From contig JAEHCQ010000002.1 of NCBI GenBank assembly GCA_020696385.1, positions 288,001 to 352,000 on the forward strand: DNA of 64,000 bases, written 5' to 3'. A program made the position numbers and the translations under genes. This document shows, piece after piece, positions 40,775 through 51,891 of the stretch; within the stretch, counting starts at the first letter, position 1; each line of letters begins with the position of its first letter. Below the pieces are notes generated by a model, which worked only from the letters and a program-made list of their open reading frames with translations, searched no databases and had not been told where the DNA came from. The stretch is from Methanobacteriota archaeon (lineage in GTDB: Archaea > Thermoplasmatota > Thermoplasmata > SG8-5 > JAGLSY01).

Positions 40775-41071
40775 CCCTTCTGACGTTTTCCGCCATTTTG
40801 TCCGACATTTGTCAGATCCATACCTTAATTGACACAGGGGTATATAAACCTTTTCATTTGATGGTATTTTGATAGCCAGTACTTTATTTTCACCTGTTTT
40901 TCAAGTGTTTTTATGATAAAAATCACTGTCTGACAAGGACGCAACTTTTTGTCAGACAGTATGCATAATACGTAGCACCGAAGGATATAAATTCAATTTT
41001 CTATTACCTAATTGTATAGGGATGCACTTGTGCGATCTCTATTGAAATCTTGATAAGAAGGAGGTTCCCAC

Positions 41072-44000
41072 ATGGGCATCCTGGATTCGATGAACAAGGA
41101 GAAGAGGATATATCGCAAGGCAGCTAAGCTTCTGGAACAGGGGAAAGGATTTGACAAACACCATCAGTCAGCCAAAGCACTGGAGCATTACCAGAAGGCG
41201 AAACGACTACTTGATGAGAACAAGGAAGCAATATCCGAGTTAAAAAGAGAATTCTCCAACCTGTATGACAAGATCGGCTTCGCATTGATCGAGAGCAATA
41301 GAATGGAGGATGGTGTAAAATGCATAGATCATTCTCTCAAGCTGAATCCGGGCAATCTCAATGCCATGGGGCACAAGGGGATAATCTTATTCAGGAAGGA
41401 GAATTTTGCCAAAGCACTGGAGCAGTTCGACACTGTCCTGAACATGGATCGCGATAATAAGAACATCTGGAGCCACAAGGGAAACACTCTGATCAAATTA
41501 GGTCGCGAACAGGATGCGATCGACGCTTACAACAAGGTGTTGGAACTGGATCCCAATGATCTGACACATTATGATAAACTTCTGGCCATAATGCCTAGGG
41601 ATATAAATCTCCTGAACAAAAAAGGCCTCGCTCTCAATGGCCTGAGGAGATTTGATGAGGCTGTACATGCGTTTGATCAAGCACTGGAGCTTGATCAAAC
41701 GCATGGTCCAATCTGGGTAAACCGCGGACTGGCAATGTCCAATATGGACAAGCACCAGGATGCCATAAGCTCATACCAGAAAGCACTGGATATCAATGGC
41801 GAAGACGGCTTTGCCTGGGAACAGAAAGGCCATTCTCTATACAGGATAGAGGGATTTACAGAAGCGGCTGACTGTTATTCCAGAGCCTTGAAGGTATTTC
41901 CAGACAATATCAAGGTCTGGATCTGGAAAGGACTGGCTCTTCACAAGGGTGGGGAGGAGGACGCGGCATCTGACGCTTATGACATGGCGCTGACACTGGA
42001 ACCGAATAATTTGGTGGCCTTGACCAATAAGAAGCAGGCATTGAAAGCCAGCGACAGGCATGAGGATATCATAGAGACAGCCAATAGGATACTCGCACTT
42101 AGCCCGAAGGACCTGGCAACCATCAAGGACAAGGCCAAGGCACAATTTTCTCTTGGCCAGCATGACAAAGCCCTTATATCGCTGGATCTGGCTCTTGATA
42201 TAAGTCCAAAAGAAATTGGCCTTCTGGAAGAGAAGAAAGATGTTCTCAAATATCTGGAAAAGCACGATCTGGTGGTAAGCACCTGCGATAAGATATTGCA
42301 TCTCGATCACCGTAATATGGAAGCCATGTTCGACAAATCCTCCGCTCTATACGCGCTGGGAAAATATGAACTGGCCCTCAGGCCCATAAACACATTACTG
42401 GGAAAAGTTCCCGATCATCTACCCGGATTGAAAAGAAAGAGAGAGATACTTTCCAAGGTGGGTCAACACAAAGAAATCATAAAAGTAAGCGATGCGATAC
42501 TCAAACTGGACCCCGACGATAAGATCACGATGATGGACAGAGCCATCGCCTTCTACAATTTAGAAAAATATGAGGATTCGATAAAAGCCTTTGATGATTA
42601 TATATCGAAGGATGCCAAAAGCATGGATGCCTGGCTATTGAAAGGACGGGCTTACGCTTTCCTTCATGACCATGCGAAAGCAGTGGATTCCTTCGACAAG
42701 GCATTGGAGATATCTGGAGGTCTGAAAGAGATCCATGAGGCAAAGGGACGTTCTTTGATCAGACTGGAAAGAACAGACGATGCCATCGTGGAGTTCGATA
42801 AAGGACTTGCATTGGATCCAGAGGACCCAGACCTTTGGTATAGCAAAGGCCTGGCTCTCGAATCACAAGATGATTATGAGGAAGCGGTCGGCTGCTATGA
42901 CAAAGCACTCAAATCACGCCCGACTGATAAAAATATCTGGTACAGCAAAGGTCTGGCTCTCATGTGGCTGAGTCATTTTGAGGATGCCATCGGATCACTG
43001 GACAAGGCAATTGAAATAAACCCGGTTGAAAGATTCCCATACATAAAAAAGGCCGAAGCCCTGCTCAAGCTGGATCGCACGGATGAAGCGATCAGCTCGC
43101 TGGACAAGGTACTGGAAATGAACCACATGGACCTGGACACCCACATCAGGAAAAAAGAAGCCCTGAAGATACTGGGTGACGACGAGCGAATAGTCGAATC
43201 ATGTGGCAGGATAATCAAATTGGATGCCAAGAATGTCATGGCGATGCTGGATAAAGCACTCGCGGAATACAGGCTGGGCATGTACGAGAGCTCCTTGAGA
43301 AGTCTGGATCGGGCGCAGAGACTGGAGCCAGATAATATCGAGCTCATGGCGGCACGAAAGGACTCGCTTTTGAAAATGGAGGATTACAATGCGGTTGTTT
43401 CGGTATCTGAACAGATATTGGAACAAGACCCAACACTTAACAAGGTCTGGCACGAGATGGGGACCGCCCTTCTGAAATTGGGCAGACCCACAGAGGCCCT
43501 GGACAAGTATGACAGGGCGCTAAAGATCGATCCAAATATTCCCGATATATGGTCCAGTAAGGGCGATGTGTTGTACCAATTACGGAAATATAGAGAATCA
43601 TTGGAGGCCTATGACAAGGCATTGGAGATACAACCCTCCAATGGACCCCTGCTCAATAAAAAAGGCAAAGCCCTTCTGAAATTAGAGAGATTTGATGAAT
43701 CGATAAGAATATTCAATGATGCTTTGCTGGCACAGCCAGGCAGTATCGAGTTCCTGAATAACAGGGCGAAGGCCTTTATGAAAGCAGAGAGGTTTGACGA
43801 GGCCCTGGAATCGCTCACGCAGGCTCTAAAAGCGGATCCTACCAGTCAATTAACATGGAGAACAAGAGGACGCGTGTATCTTGAAATGAAGAGATTTGAC
43901 GAGGCTTTAAGCGATATCAACAAAGCCCTGGAAATCGGTGGAGAGGAAAGATACGCGATAGCCGCGAAGGCCAGCATATACGAGATGAAAGAACAGCTGG

Positions 44001-45394
44001 AGGATGCCAAATACTGGTATGAGAAAGCACTGTCTATGGGAGAGGACAAGGACATACTTCTCGACCTGGGCCAGCTCCTTACAAAAATGGGTGACCATGA
44101 GAATGCCGCCCAGCTTCTTGACAGGGCGGCCAATCTGGATCCAAGTGATAAAGAAGCCTGGAACAGCAGGGCGATGGCCTTTGAGAAACTCAAGAAATAT
44201 GATGAGGCTTTGAGATCATACGATCAGGCGATCAGCCTGGATGCTGAAGATAAATTCTCATGGAACAGCAAAGGTCTTGTTCTTATCGAGATGGCTCGCT
44301 ATCCAGAGGCTGTCAGATGCTTCCAGAGAGTGATAGAGATAGACAGGGAGTTCGCGCCCGCATTGGATGGCCTGAGAATTGCCGAGGAAAAGACAGCGGC
44401 AATGGAAGTGGAAGGGCATGCGAGATCTGTTCTCAAACTGGAATATGATCGGAATAGGGCGGTGTCCAGAGAGGATGCTTTCAAGGATGCCAATATCCCT
44501 TACAATTTCATAGACGATGTGTTCAAATTCCTTTCAGATAGGGATGATATCCCATTATCGTCGATGTCCAAGGACGACCTGGAAGATCTGGAAAGGTCAT
44601 CATTTGATGTTCTGACCTCATGTCTTGGTGGAGATGCCTTCAACCTGAAATCCAAACTGAGATTATGCGATATCTCAGTCAAGTTTCCACAATGGCCCCT
44701 CTGGAAAGCGAAACAAGTGCTGTCTTACATTGACGCGGTCGATAGACTGACCTTCAGCCCCAAAACGACGGATCCAGATATGGACAATCTGATGAGGCGC
44801 GCGCTGGATCTTCCGGCAGAGCGGCGTACGATATTGGGTCTTGTCGAATCACTTCACATCGGAGTGCACAAGGCCAAGGAACTCCAGGCGGTTCTGGCCA
44901 CCCTCAGAAGAGAAGGATACACAGCCCCGACCATCGAGGTGGGCTCCCTAGTAAGTGATGATCATCTTGGAGGTGGAAAGCCAAAGACCGAGGTGAGGGA
45001 GCCAAAGCGACCCGCACCCGAGCCAGTTCAGCAATTGCAGGAACCACCGGCGAATGTGGCTGATCAATCTGCAACTCAGCCAGCCCCCCGCCAACACGCC
45101 CAACCTGCGCAAGCACAGCAGCCCGGCCAGGTAGTAGGCGGCATGGGCGGCAAGTTCTGCCAGAGCCACGGCCATATGGCGGTCATGAAGCACGATTGCG
45201 GCGCGTACCTTTGCCACAATTGTGTCAGCGGCGGATCAAAATGCCCCATATGCCATCGACCTCTTTACGGATCAAAGGACGAGCCTGAGCAGGAAGCTCC
45301 AGCTCCTGAGTTGAACCCAGCTCCAATTCAGACACCAGACCCAGCTCCTGCAAAGACAGATGATGATGTGGCGAGGGATTTTGGGCAGTTATGA
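41072..45394 (+). CDS. Giant TPR-repeat protein with C-terminal B-box/RING-like zinc finger
   Basis: About 1100 aa of W..KG..L...A...YD.AL...P repeats, Pro/Gln linker, CQSH-x7-HDC-x4-CHNC-x6-CPIC; SD ggagg. Confidence 0.92.
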   Translation: MGILDSMNKEKRIYRKAAKLLEQGKGFDKHHQSAKALEHYQKAKRLLDENKEAISELKREFSNLYDKIGFALIESNRMEDGVKCIDHSLKLNPGNLNAMGHKGIILFRKENFAKALEQFDTVLNMDRDNKNIWSHKGNTLIKLGREQDAIDAYNKVLELDPNDLTHYDKLLAIMPRDINLLNKKGLALNGLRRFDEAVHAFDQALELDQTHGPIWVNRGLAMSNMDKHQDAISSYQKALDINGEDGFAWEQKGHSLYRIEGFTEAADCYSRALKVFPDNIKVWIWKGLALHKGGEEDAASDAYDMALTLEPNNLVALTNKKQALKASDRHEDIIETANRILALSPKDLATIKDKAKAQFSLGQHDKALISLDLALDISPKEIGLLEEKKDVLKYLEKHDLVVSTCDKILHLDHRNMEAMFDKSSALYALGKYELALRPINTLLGKVPDHLPGLKRKREILSKVGQHKEIIKVSDAILKLDPDDKITMMDRAIAFYNLEKYEDSIKAFDDYISKDAKSMDAWLLKGRAYAFLHDHAKAVDSFDKALEISGGLKEIHEAKGRSLIRLERTDDAIVEFDKGLALDPEDPDLWYSKGLALESQDDYEEAVGCYDKALKSRPTDKNIWYSKGLALMWLSHFEDAIGSLDKAIEINPVERFPYIKKAEALLKLDRTDEAISSLDKVLEMNHMDLDTHIRKKEALKILGDDERIVESCGRIIKLDAKNVMAMLDKALAEYRLGMYESSLRSLDRAQRLEPDNIELMAARKDSLLKMEDYNAVVSVSEQILEQDPTLNKVWHEMGTALLKLGRPTEALDKYDRALKIDPNIPDIWSSKGDVLYQLRKYRESLEAYDKALEIQPSNGPLLNKKGKALLKLERFDESIRIFNDALLAQPGSIEFLNNRAKAFMKAERFDEALESLTQALKADPTSQLTWRTRGRVYLEMKRFDEALSDINKALEIGGEERYAIAAKASIYEMKEQLEDAKYWYEKALSMGEDKDILLDLGQLLTKMGDHENAAQLLDRAANLDPSDKEAWNSRAMAFEKLKKYDEALRSYDQAISLDAEDKFSWNSKGLVLIEMARYPEAVRCFQRVIEIDREFAPALDGLRIAEEKTAAMEVEGHARSVLKLEYDRNRAVSREDAFKDANIPYNFIDDVFKFLSDRDDIPLSSMSKDDLEDLERSSFDVLTSCLGGDAFNLKSKLRLCDISVKFPQWPLWKAKQVLSYIDAVDRLTFSPKTTDPDMDNLMRRALDLPAERRTILGLVESLHIGVHKAKELQAVLATLRREGYTAPTIEVGSLVSDDHLGGGKPKTEVREPKRPAPEPVQQLQEPPANVADQSATQPAPRQHAQPAQAQQPGQVVGGMGGKFCQSHGHMAVMKHDCGAYLCHNCVSGGSKCPICHRPLYGSKDEPEQEAPAPELNPAPIQTPDPAPAKTDDDVARDFGQL

Positions 45395-45522
45395 TTTCGA
45401 GGATCACGCCCATCATAACCAATCCTCCATTCTGAGCGGATATGGAATAATATATGGGCATATTCGCCATAATGATCAAATCAGTAGAAACTTATTAAAA
45501 CAAAAGATCATATCATTGTCTG

Positions 45523-46437
45523 ATGACAGATCTAGCCAGTCATGTGCGTGAGCTGGTCGCGGAGAAGAACGCGATCATACTTGTCCATAACTATCAGTTA
45601 CCGGAGGTTCAGGATGTAGCGGATTATGTTGGAGATTCCTACGGTCTGGCTGTTAAAGCATCCGAGACGGATGCCGATGCCATTGTTTTCTGCGGCGTCA
45701 ATTTCATGGCAGAGAGTGCTTTGATCCTGAATCCTGAAAAACTTGTCATCCACCCGGAGCCAGAGTCCAGGTGTCCGATGGCCGCGATGGCTACTGCCGA
45801 ATCATTGCGACTTATGAAAGCCAAGCACCCAGGTGCTGCTGTCGTGTCCTACGTGAACACAACTGCAGAAGTAAAAGCCGAATCCGACATCTGCTGCACA
45901 TCTTCGAACGCGGCCAAGGTCGTTCGTTCACTACCCAATGAGAAGATAATCTTCACCCCGGATATCAATCTGGGAAGCTATGTCGCCAAATTGGTACCGG
46001 AGAAGGAAATTATTCTGTGGCCAGGCTACTGCGACACTCATCAGAATAGAATATTATTGGAAGACATCCGGGCACTGAAAGAACTATACCCCGCTTCCGA
46101 AATAATAGTACATCCAGAGTGCACACCGGAAGTCATTGACTTCGCCGATCACGCCTTCTCAACATCTGGCATGCTGAATTATGCGAGAGACTCAGATGTG
46201 CAAGAATTCATCATCGGAACTGAAAGAGAAATGGTGTATCGTCTGAGAAAGGATGTTCCGAACAAGACCTTCCATGCTATTGATAAAGCAGTTTGCCCCA
46301 ATATGAAGAAAATAACTCTCAAAAAGGTAGCTGCCAGTCTGGAGAACATGGGTCCAACTGTTAAATTGACCGATGAGATGATCCAGAAGGCCAGGCTACC
46401 AATGGAGAAGATGGTGGCTGTCGGTCGCGGTGAGTGA
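45523..46437 (+). CDS. nadA: Quinolinate synthase
   Basis: HNYQ..EVQ, GDS, FCGVNFMAE, CPMA, YVNT, HPEC, CPNMK. Confidence 0.96.
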   Translation: MTDLASHVRELVAEKNAIILVHNYQLPEVQDVADYVGDSYGLAVKASETDADAIVFCGVNFMAESALILNPEKLVIHPEPESRCPMAAMATAESLRLMKAKHPGAAVVSYVNTTAEVKAESDICCTSSNAAKVVRSLPNEKIIFTPDINLGSYVAKLVPEKEIILWPGYCDTHQNRILLEDIRALKELYPASEIIVHPECTPEVIDFADHAFSTSGMLNYARDSDVQEFIIGTEREMVYRLRKDVPNKTFHAIDKAVCPNMKKITLKKVAASLENMGPTVKLTDEMIQKARLPMEKMVAVGRGE

Positions 46438-46464
46438 ATTATCTTGATTAAAATATTCTTATGA

Positions 46465-47535
46465 TCAGACAGTGGTATTCTCAATGATCTCCACTATTTT
46501 CTCGCTCGCATGCCCATCACCATAACTGCTCCCTCTCTCGCCACTTGGCTCGAAGTTGATTATCGCGTCTTTTATCTTGACCGGATCCGCCGCGACCAGG
46601 ATGTTCCAGCCATCCTGGACCGTTTCCACCCATTCCGTGCGCTCTCGCAGGGTGATGCAGGTGGTGCCCATGAAGTAAGCCTCTTTCTGCATGCCGCCAG
46701 AGTCAGTCAATACCTTTTTCGCATTCTTAATCAGACAAAGCGATTCGATATAATTCACTGGCTTGATCACCTTGATATTATCCGGCATCTTCATCTCATA
46801 CTGCTCGATGAAGGCGACTGTCCTGGGGTGAGCGGGGAATATGACCTTCATATCTGGATCGATGCCCCTCACGCTCTCAGAGACCGTATTGAGGATATTT
46901 TTGAGATTATCCTCATTGTCTGTATTGACCGGCCTGTGCACGGTCATGAAATAGTAATTCTCTGACTTGACACCCACGCGCTCCAGCACATCAGTGGGCA
47001 AATCTCCGAACATCTTGGCCGAGTCCAGCATGACATCTCCAACAAGATGCACTCCTTCGGTTATTCCCTCTTTTTCAAGATTATCTATCGATGTCTTGGT
47101 AGGGCAGAATAAGAGCCTGGAAACATGATCCGTCATCCTGCGGTTCACTTCCTCTGGCATTCTCATGTCGTAGGATCGCAGACCCGCCTCCACATGGGCG
47201 ATCGGTATGTGCATTTTCGCTGCTGCCAGTGCTCCGGCGACAGTGGAATTGGTGTCGCCGTAAACAAGTAGCCAATCTGGCTTTTCTTGAATGATAAGAT
47301 CTTCAATTCTCTCCAACATCTGGGCAGTTTGCCAGCCATGACTTCCAGATCCGACACCCAGATTGTAATCCGCTTCCGGGATGCCCATGGTCCTGAAGAA
47401 CACATCGGACATCTCATCATCATAATGTTGGCCAGTGTGTATGAGTATCTCCTCATGCTTCTGGCGAATGGCCTTCGATACTGGAGCGGCCTTGACGAAC
47501 TGAGGTCTGGCTCCGACGATCGTCATTATTTTCAT
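46465..47535 (-). CDS. wecB: UDP-N-acetylglucosamine 2-epimerase (non-hydrolysing)
   Basis: GARPQFVK, HTGQHYD, GDTNST, HVEAGLRS, TDSGG.QKEA. Confidence 0.95.
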   Translation of the reverse strand: MKIMTIVGARPQFVKAAPVSKAIRQKHEEILIHTGQHYDDEMSDVFFRTMGIPEADYNLGVGSGSHGWQTAQMLERIEDLIIQEKPDWLLVYGDTNSTVAGALAAAKMHIPIAHVEAGLRSYDMRMPEEVNRRMTDHVSRLLFCPTKTSIDNLEKEGITEGVHLVGDVMLDSAKMFGDLPTDVLERVGVKSENYYFMTVHRPVNTDNEDNLKNILNTVSESVRGIDPDMKVIFPAHPRTVAFIEQYEMKMPDNIKVIKPVNYIESLCLIKNAKKVLTDSGGMQKEAYFMGTTCITLRERTEWVETVQDGWNILVAADPVKIKDAIINFEPSGERGSSYGDGHASEKIVEIIENTTV

Positions 47536-47601
47536 TGCCCACCCTCCTGATTATCAATATAGGGATGGATCTTCATGTTCGCTTCTCCATATGCGAACAT
47601 C

Positions 47602-48723
47602 TCAATCCCTCAGCATGTATTCCTCGACCAGGTCCCTGGCCTTCTCTCTTTTTTCCTGATGGTCCACGATGAAATCCGTCACCTTCTGGGTGAGGTATTG
47701 CTTGCAATGACCACATAGTAATTCTCCGGATCTGCACTTGGCCTTCCGATCATTCAATGATCCATCATCCCAGTCGAAGAAATAATAAAGATATTGATAC
47801 ACGGCGCAGACATCTGGATCCCCGCCTTTCTCTCTCTGCTCCTCCACGCTGACACAACCACCTGTGAAGGCACTGCCGATCTTCTTCTTTATCTGTTTCG
47901 GAGTGTCGGTGGTGTAGATCGCGCTGGAAGACACTGAGGCGGACATTTTATCCGAGCCAGCAAGGCTGGGCAGCATCTTACAGTGAATGAGCGCGGGCTT
48001 GAAATATCCGATCTTGTCCGCGATATCCCTGGTCACTCTGAAATGTGGATCCTGGTCTATGGCGCATGGGATCAGACATGGAATATTCTCTCCCTTCAAT
48101 TCAGATGGTAGAAAAGCTGTAGCGGCCTGCATACTGGTGAACCAAATACTGCCGATATTCGTACTGTTCTCGAATCCGAAGACCGCCTTCGTGGTGCTGA
48201 AATTAACTCGCTTGGCGACCTTGATAGCGATATTGTACATGGTCTTCGCATATTCCGTATCCAGGAAGATCTTGGTCTTTTCTTTGTCAAAACCAAGAGC
48301 GATTATGTCCAGTATGTTCTCGTATGCGAATCTCCTCGTATCTTCCAGCTCCAGATCCTGGCCGAACATGTATTTTTCATCGTCCGTGAGCTGGAAGTAC
48401 AACTCCACTCCGAACTTATCCTGAAGCCATTTGGTAAAGACCCAGGGCATCAGATGTCCAAGGTGTGTGTGTCCGGATGGTCCGCGCCCGGTATATAGAA
48501 CGAACCCGGGCCCTTTCTCATGGGCATCCAGAATCCATTTCATGTCCCTGTGTGAGTAGAATATCCCTCTTTTCAGCATTGGATGTAACTCACCAGTATG
48601 ATGAACTATTCGCTCGATCAGCTCCGCATCTATCTTGCTTGTTCCAAAACGCTCTGTGAGCTTGTCATAATCAACATCCCCTTTGACTTCCCAGGGTGTT
48701 ACGATGAATTTTCCATCAGCCAT
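47602..48723 (-). CDS. trpS: Tryptophan--tRNA ligase (archaeal type)
   Basis: VTPW, YTGRGPS...HLGH, TDDEK, IDQDPHFR, KMSAS. Confidence 0.97.
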   Translation of the reverse strand: MADGKFIVTPWEVKGDVDYDKLTERFGTSKIDAELIERIVHHTGELHPMLKRGIFYSHRDMKWILDAHEKGPGFVLYTGRGPSGHTHLGHLMPWVFTKWLQDKFGVELYFQLTDDEKYMFGQDLELEDTRRFAYENILDIIALGFDKEKTKIFLDTEYAKTMYNIAIKVAKRVNFSTTKAVFGFENSTNIGSIWFTSMQAATAFLPSELKGENIPCLIPCAIDQDPHFRVTRDIADKIGYFKPALIHCKMLPSLAGSDKMSASVSSSAIYTTDTPKQIKKKIGSAFTGGCVSVEEQREKGGDPDVCAVYQYLYYFFDWDDGSLNDRKAKCRSGELLCGHCKQYLTQKVTDFIVDHQEKREKARDLVEEYMLRD

Positions 48724-48859
48724 ATCATCACCTTGATATTTGCCATATAAGGGCTCTATAATAAAAGTTTATTCTTATCGCTTTTGATGTTTCTAATCGC
48801 CTATATTCTATATATTACTAGCGATTAGAAAAACTAATGCGATTTCCATTATTTTATCT

Positions 48860-49345
48860 TCATAGCATTTGTTTCGATCTTTTCCTGACACTTCTCAATT
48901 CAGATCCACATATAGGGCAATCGGGCATTTCCTCATCATAGAATTTACCACAGCCACGGCATCTCCAGCGCCATGTGAAGACCTCCTTGATGCCCTTCTC
49001 CGCTCCACCTTTGAATTTAATGTCAAGTGCTTTGGCAATATTCTGCACAGAATAATCATCGCTCAGAATGATCCCATCGATCTCAAGGGCCAGTGCCAGA
49101 ACTTCAATATCTGTTTTGGATAATCTTCCGATATCTCCTGTCTCCCTGGCCTTCGCCTCGATCCTTTCCACATTGGGGGTCGATGGATCCATGATCTTAA
49201 TAGAAATATCCACCAAGAGGTTCAGATCCTTTGCCTGTTTACCTCTTGATATTTCATCTTTAACTGACGAGGTCATGTACCATTCATATTCGCCAGATAG
49301 TGTCATTCCATTTCTGATAGCTGTCGCATCAAGTACGTATCTCAC
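48860..49345 (-). CDS. nob1: NOB1-family PIN endonuclease with zinc ribbon
   Basis: VLDAT, TGD..LS.TD, SDDYSVQN, CRGC...CPICG. Confidence 0.92.
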   Translation of the reverse strand: MRYVLDATAIRNGMTLSGEYEWYMTSSVKDEISRGKQAKDLNLLVDISIKIMDPSTPNVERIEAKARETGDIGRLSKTDIEVLALALEIDGIILSDDYSVQNIAKALDIKFKGGAEKGIKEVFTWRWRCRGCGKFYDEEMPDCPICGSELRSVRKRSKQML

Positions 49346-49435
49346 GCTTCAACATGGTGGTTCAGGCTTTAAGATTTTTCCACAAAATAATAGCTGATGA
49401 ATAATCACTCTAAATGTGATGATATATCTTCGATA

Positions 49436-50020
49436 TCAAGGTAGGAGTTTATCTATCTCGGCCTTCAGCACAGTATCCTGTGTTATTCCCACATTCCTGT
49501 ATGTTATATGTCCTTCCTGATCGACGATCACGATGGTTGGAATACTTACCACTTCATATCCTACTTTGGATGCCACGCTGCCCCCGCTCCTTACGATATC
49601 CCAGTCGATACCCTTCTGTGCTTTGTAGATGGAAATGAGATCTTCTCCCTCACTATCATCCACGTCCACAGATAGCACAATCACCTGAGTTGAAGAATAT
49701 TCCTCCTGAATACTCTTCAACTCAGTCATCTGAGTCGCACATGGAGCACACCATGTTGCCATGAAATCCAGAACAACGACCTTACCTCTGAGATTGGATA
49801 GTTGAAGCAATCCTCCATCATCCACCACTGGTAGATTGAAATCCGCAGCCATTGGCAGATCGGAGCCACTATCATCATCCCCATTATCGACATCCACTGG
49901 TGGCTGGTAGTCATCTCCATCATAGGGCTGCTGCTCATTTGAATTCAAATATGCGAAGGTCGCCACTACGACAATGGCTGCTGCAACAACTGCAAATATC
50001 ACTAACTGGGTCTGCTTCAT
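49436..50020 (-). CDS. Membrane-anchored TlpA-like thiol-disulfide oxidoreductase
   Basis: N-terminal TM, GKVVVLDF.ATWCAPC, IPT..IVD. Confidence 0.9.
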   Translation of the reverse strand: MKQTQLVIFAVVAAAIVVVATFAYLNSNEQQPYDGDDYQPPVDVDNGDDDSGSDLPMAADFNLPVVDDGGLLQLSNLRGKVVVLDFMATWCAPCATQMTELKSIQEEYSSTQVIVLSVDVDDSEGEDLISIYKAQKGIDWDIVRSGGSVASKVGYEVVSIPTIVIVDQEGHITYRNVGITQDTVLKAEIDKLLP

Positions 50021-50195
50021 TTTATCATTTGATTATAGATAGCTCTTTGATATAATGATTATCCCTTCTTAACGATAAATGAATGGCCACGTCCTTTGCC
50101 CCACTCTGACCTGAAGATATGAGGCATCTGAACTGATCTGACAATTGGATATATTGATAGAAACATTCATAACTGGCGAGAGCCATCCAGTATCA

Positions 50196-50813
50196 ATGAA
50201 GAACCTCGATGAGATTGCCGAGAGAATTGAGACTGAAATGGACGAGAAGGACGAGGTCAGGGAAGTGGCTCTGAAGTCATCCAGAAGTGTTGTCAGACTC
50301 TGCAGTTCGGCTATAAGGATGATCCACAAGGATGCTGATAAATCAACGGAATATATTGATGAGGCCAAGGAAGAGCTTCATCGACTGAGAGGGATCACCA
50401 AGGACTTCCCAGCTCTTTTCCATTCGGGTTTTGTCGAAACCGCGATGCAGGAATTTGTCGAGGCCAAGGTATTGAGTGCGATATTCAATGGTGAGGATCT
50501 ACCAGATCCCGAAAGTCTGGGTGTGACCAATGAAGGCTACCTTTTGGGGCTGGGAGATGTCATTGGAGAATTAAGGCGCCGGGCTGTGGACAATCTTCGG
50601 CATGGTAATATGGAGATTTCTTCGAAATGCCTGGATCAGATGGAAGAACTCTACGAGTTTCTTATGAAATTCCATTATCCAAGCAGCATGGTGGCCATCA
50701 AGAGGAAGCAGGATATCGCTCGCGGGGTGATCGAAAAAACCCGCGGAGAGGTGGCTGTTTCCATGAGAGCACATTCATTGGAAAAGAAGATATCCGAATA
50801 CAAACAGGTGTAG
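50196..50813 (+). CDS. Translin/TRAX family protein
   Basis: ATG 50196; RE....SR, QEFVEA, YLLGLGDVIGELRR, KRKQD. Confidence 0.9.
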   Translation: MKNLDEIAERIETEMDEKDEVREVALKSSRSVVRLCSSAIRMIHKDADKSTEYIDEAKEELHRLRGITKDFPALFHSGFVETAMQEFVEAKVLSAIFNGEDLPDPESLGVTNEGYLLGLGDVIGELRRRAVDNLRHGNMEISSKCLDQMEELYEFLMKFHYPSSMVAIKRKQDIARGVIEKTRGEVAVSMRAHSLEKKISEYKQV

Positions 50814-50814
50814 T

Positions 50815-51891
50815 ATGGTAGAAAGAAAATGCACGATAGTTCATAATCAGAACCACATAGTACATAGATCCGAGACAACGAGTCCGGAGAACCCAGCCAG
50901 GGTATTGAGAATATTGAGTTTCCTGGATGGCAGGCTGAAGATATTCAAATCCGGCGAGTTTCAATTATTGACGGATTTTCCAGATGCGACTGATGAACAG
51001 ATACTCAGAGTTCATGATGAAGATTATTTCAATTTTGTAAAGAGATATTGTGAAAATGGTGGAGGATTCCTCGGAGATAGCACATATTTCGCCCCATACA
51101 GTTTCAAGGCAGCGAAGAGCGCGGCAGGTGGAGCATTATCTGCAGCCAATCTCGTTGCAGATAATGAAGTGGACACATCATTTGCCATGATAAGACCACC
51201 AGGTCATCATGCTAGCAGTGATAAGTTTGGAGGATATTGCATATTCAACAATGCGGCCATCACGGTGCGTGACCTACAGAACAGTGGCAAGGCCAAGAAA
51301 ATAATGATCCTGGATCTGGATGCGCATGCTGGCAATGGCACCATGAGAATATTCTATGATGATCCCAATGTACTCACCCTATCCATCCACAGAGATCCTC
51401 AGGACTTCTATCCTCATGATGGCTTCATACATCAGATAGGCAGAGGTGTGGGAAGGGGATACAATGTGAATATGGAGATGCCGGAAGGAAGTGGTGATGA
51501 TGATTATCTCAAGGTCTTTGACCAGATCGTCAAACCCATCCATGACTCTTTTTCGCCGGACTTCCTGATAACATTGGTTGGTTTCGATGCCCATTACAGT
51601 GATCTGCAATCCAATATGCAGCTTACCTCACATGGATATTTCGACATGATAAGAAAGACCAAGAAAATGAGAGATGGAAAGCTCCCTGTTATTTTGGAAG
51701 GGGGATATACTACGGAGAATGCCACCCTCGCACACACCATCCTCTGCGCTCTTTCTGATAAGGCCCCCCCCTATGAGGATGATGTCGATAGCTTGAGCAG
51801 TTCCATAACCAGGACAAAAAAAGCCAGGAGTATATTGGAAGATAATATCGCGGAACTCAAGAGCATTTTGAATGAATATCACTCTTTCTGA
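50815..51891 (+). CDS. Histone deacetylase family protein
   Basis: PENP.R, RPPGHHA, GYCIFNN, DLDAHAGNG, GFDAH, LEGGY. Confidence 0.94.
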   Translation: MVERKCTIVHNQNHIVHRSETTSPENPARVLRILSFLDGRLKIFKSGEFQLLTDFPDATDEQILRVHDEDYFNFVKRYCENGGGFLGDSTYFAPYSFKAAKSAAGGALSAANLVADNEVDTSFAMIRPPGHHASSDKFGGYCIFNNAAITVRDLQNSGKAKKIMILDLDAHAGNGTMRIFYDDPNVLTLSIHRDPQDFYPHDGFIHQIGRGVGRGYNVNMEMPEGSGDDDYLKVFDQIVKPIHDSFSPDFLITLVGFDAHYSDLQSNMQLTSHGYFDMIRKTKKMRDGKLPVILEGGYTTENATLAHTILCALSDKAPPYEDDVDSLSSSITRTKKARSILEDNIAELKSILNEYHSF

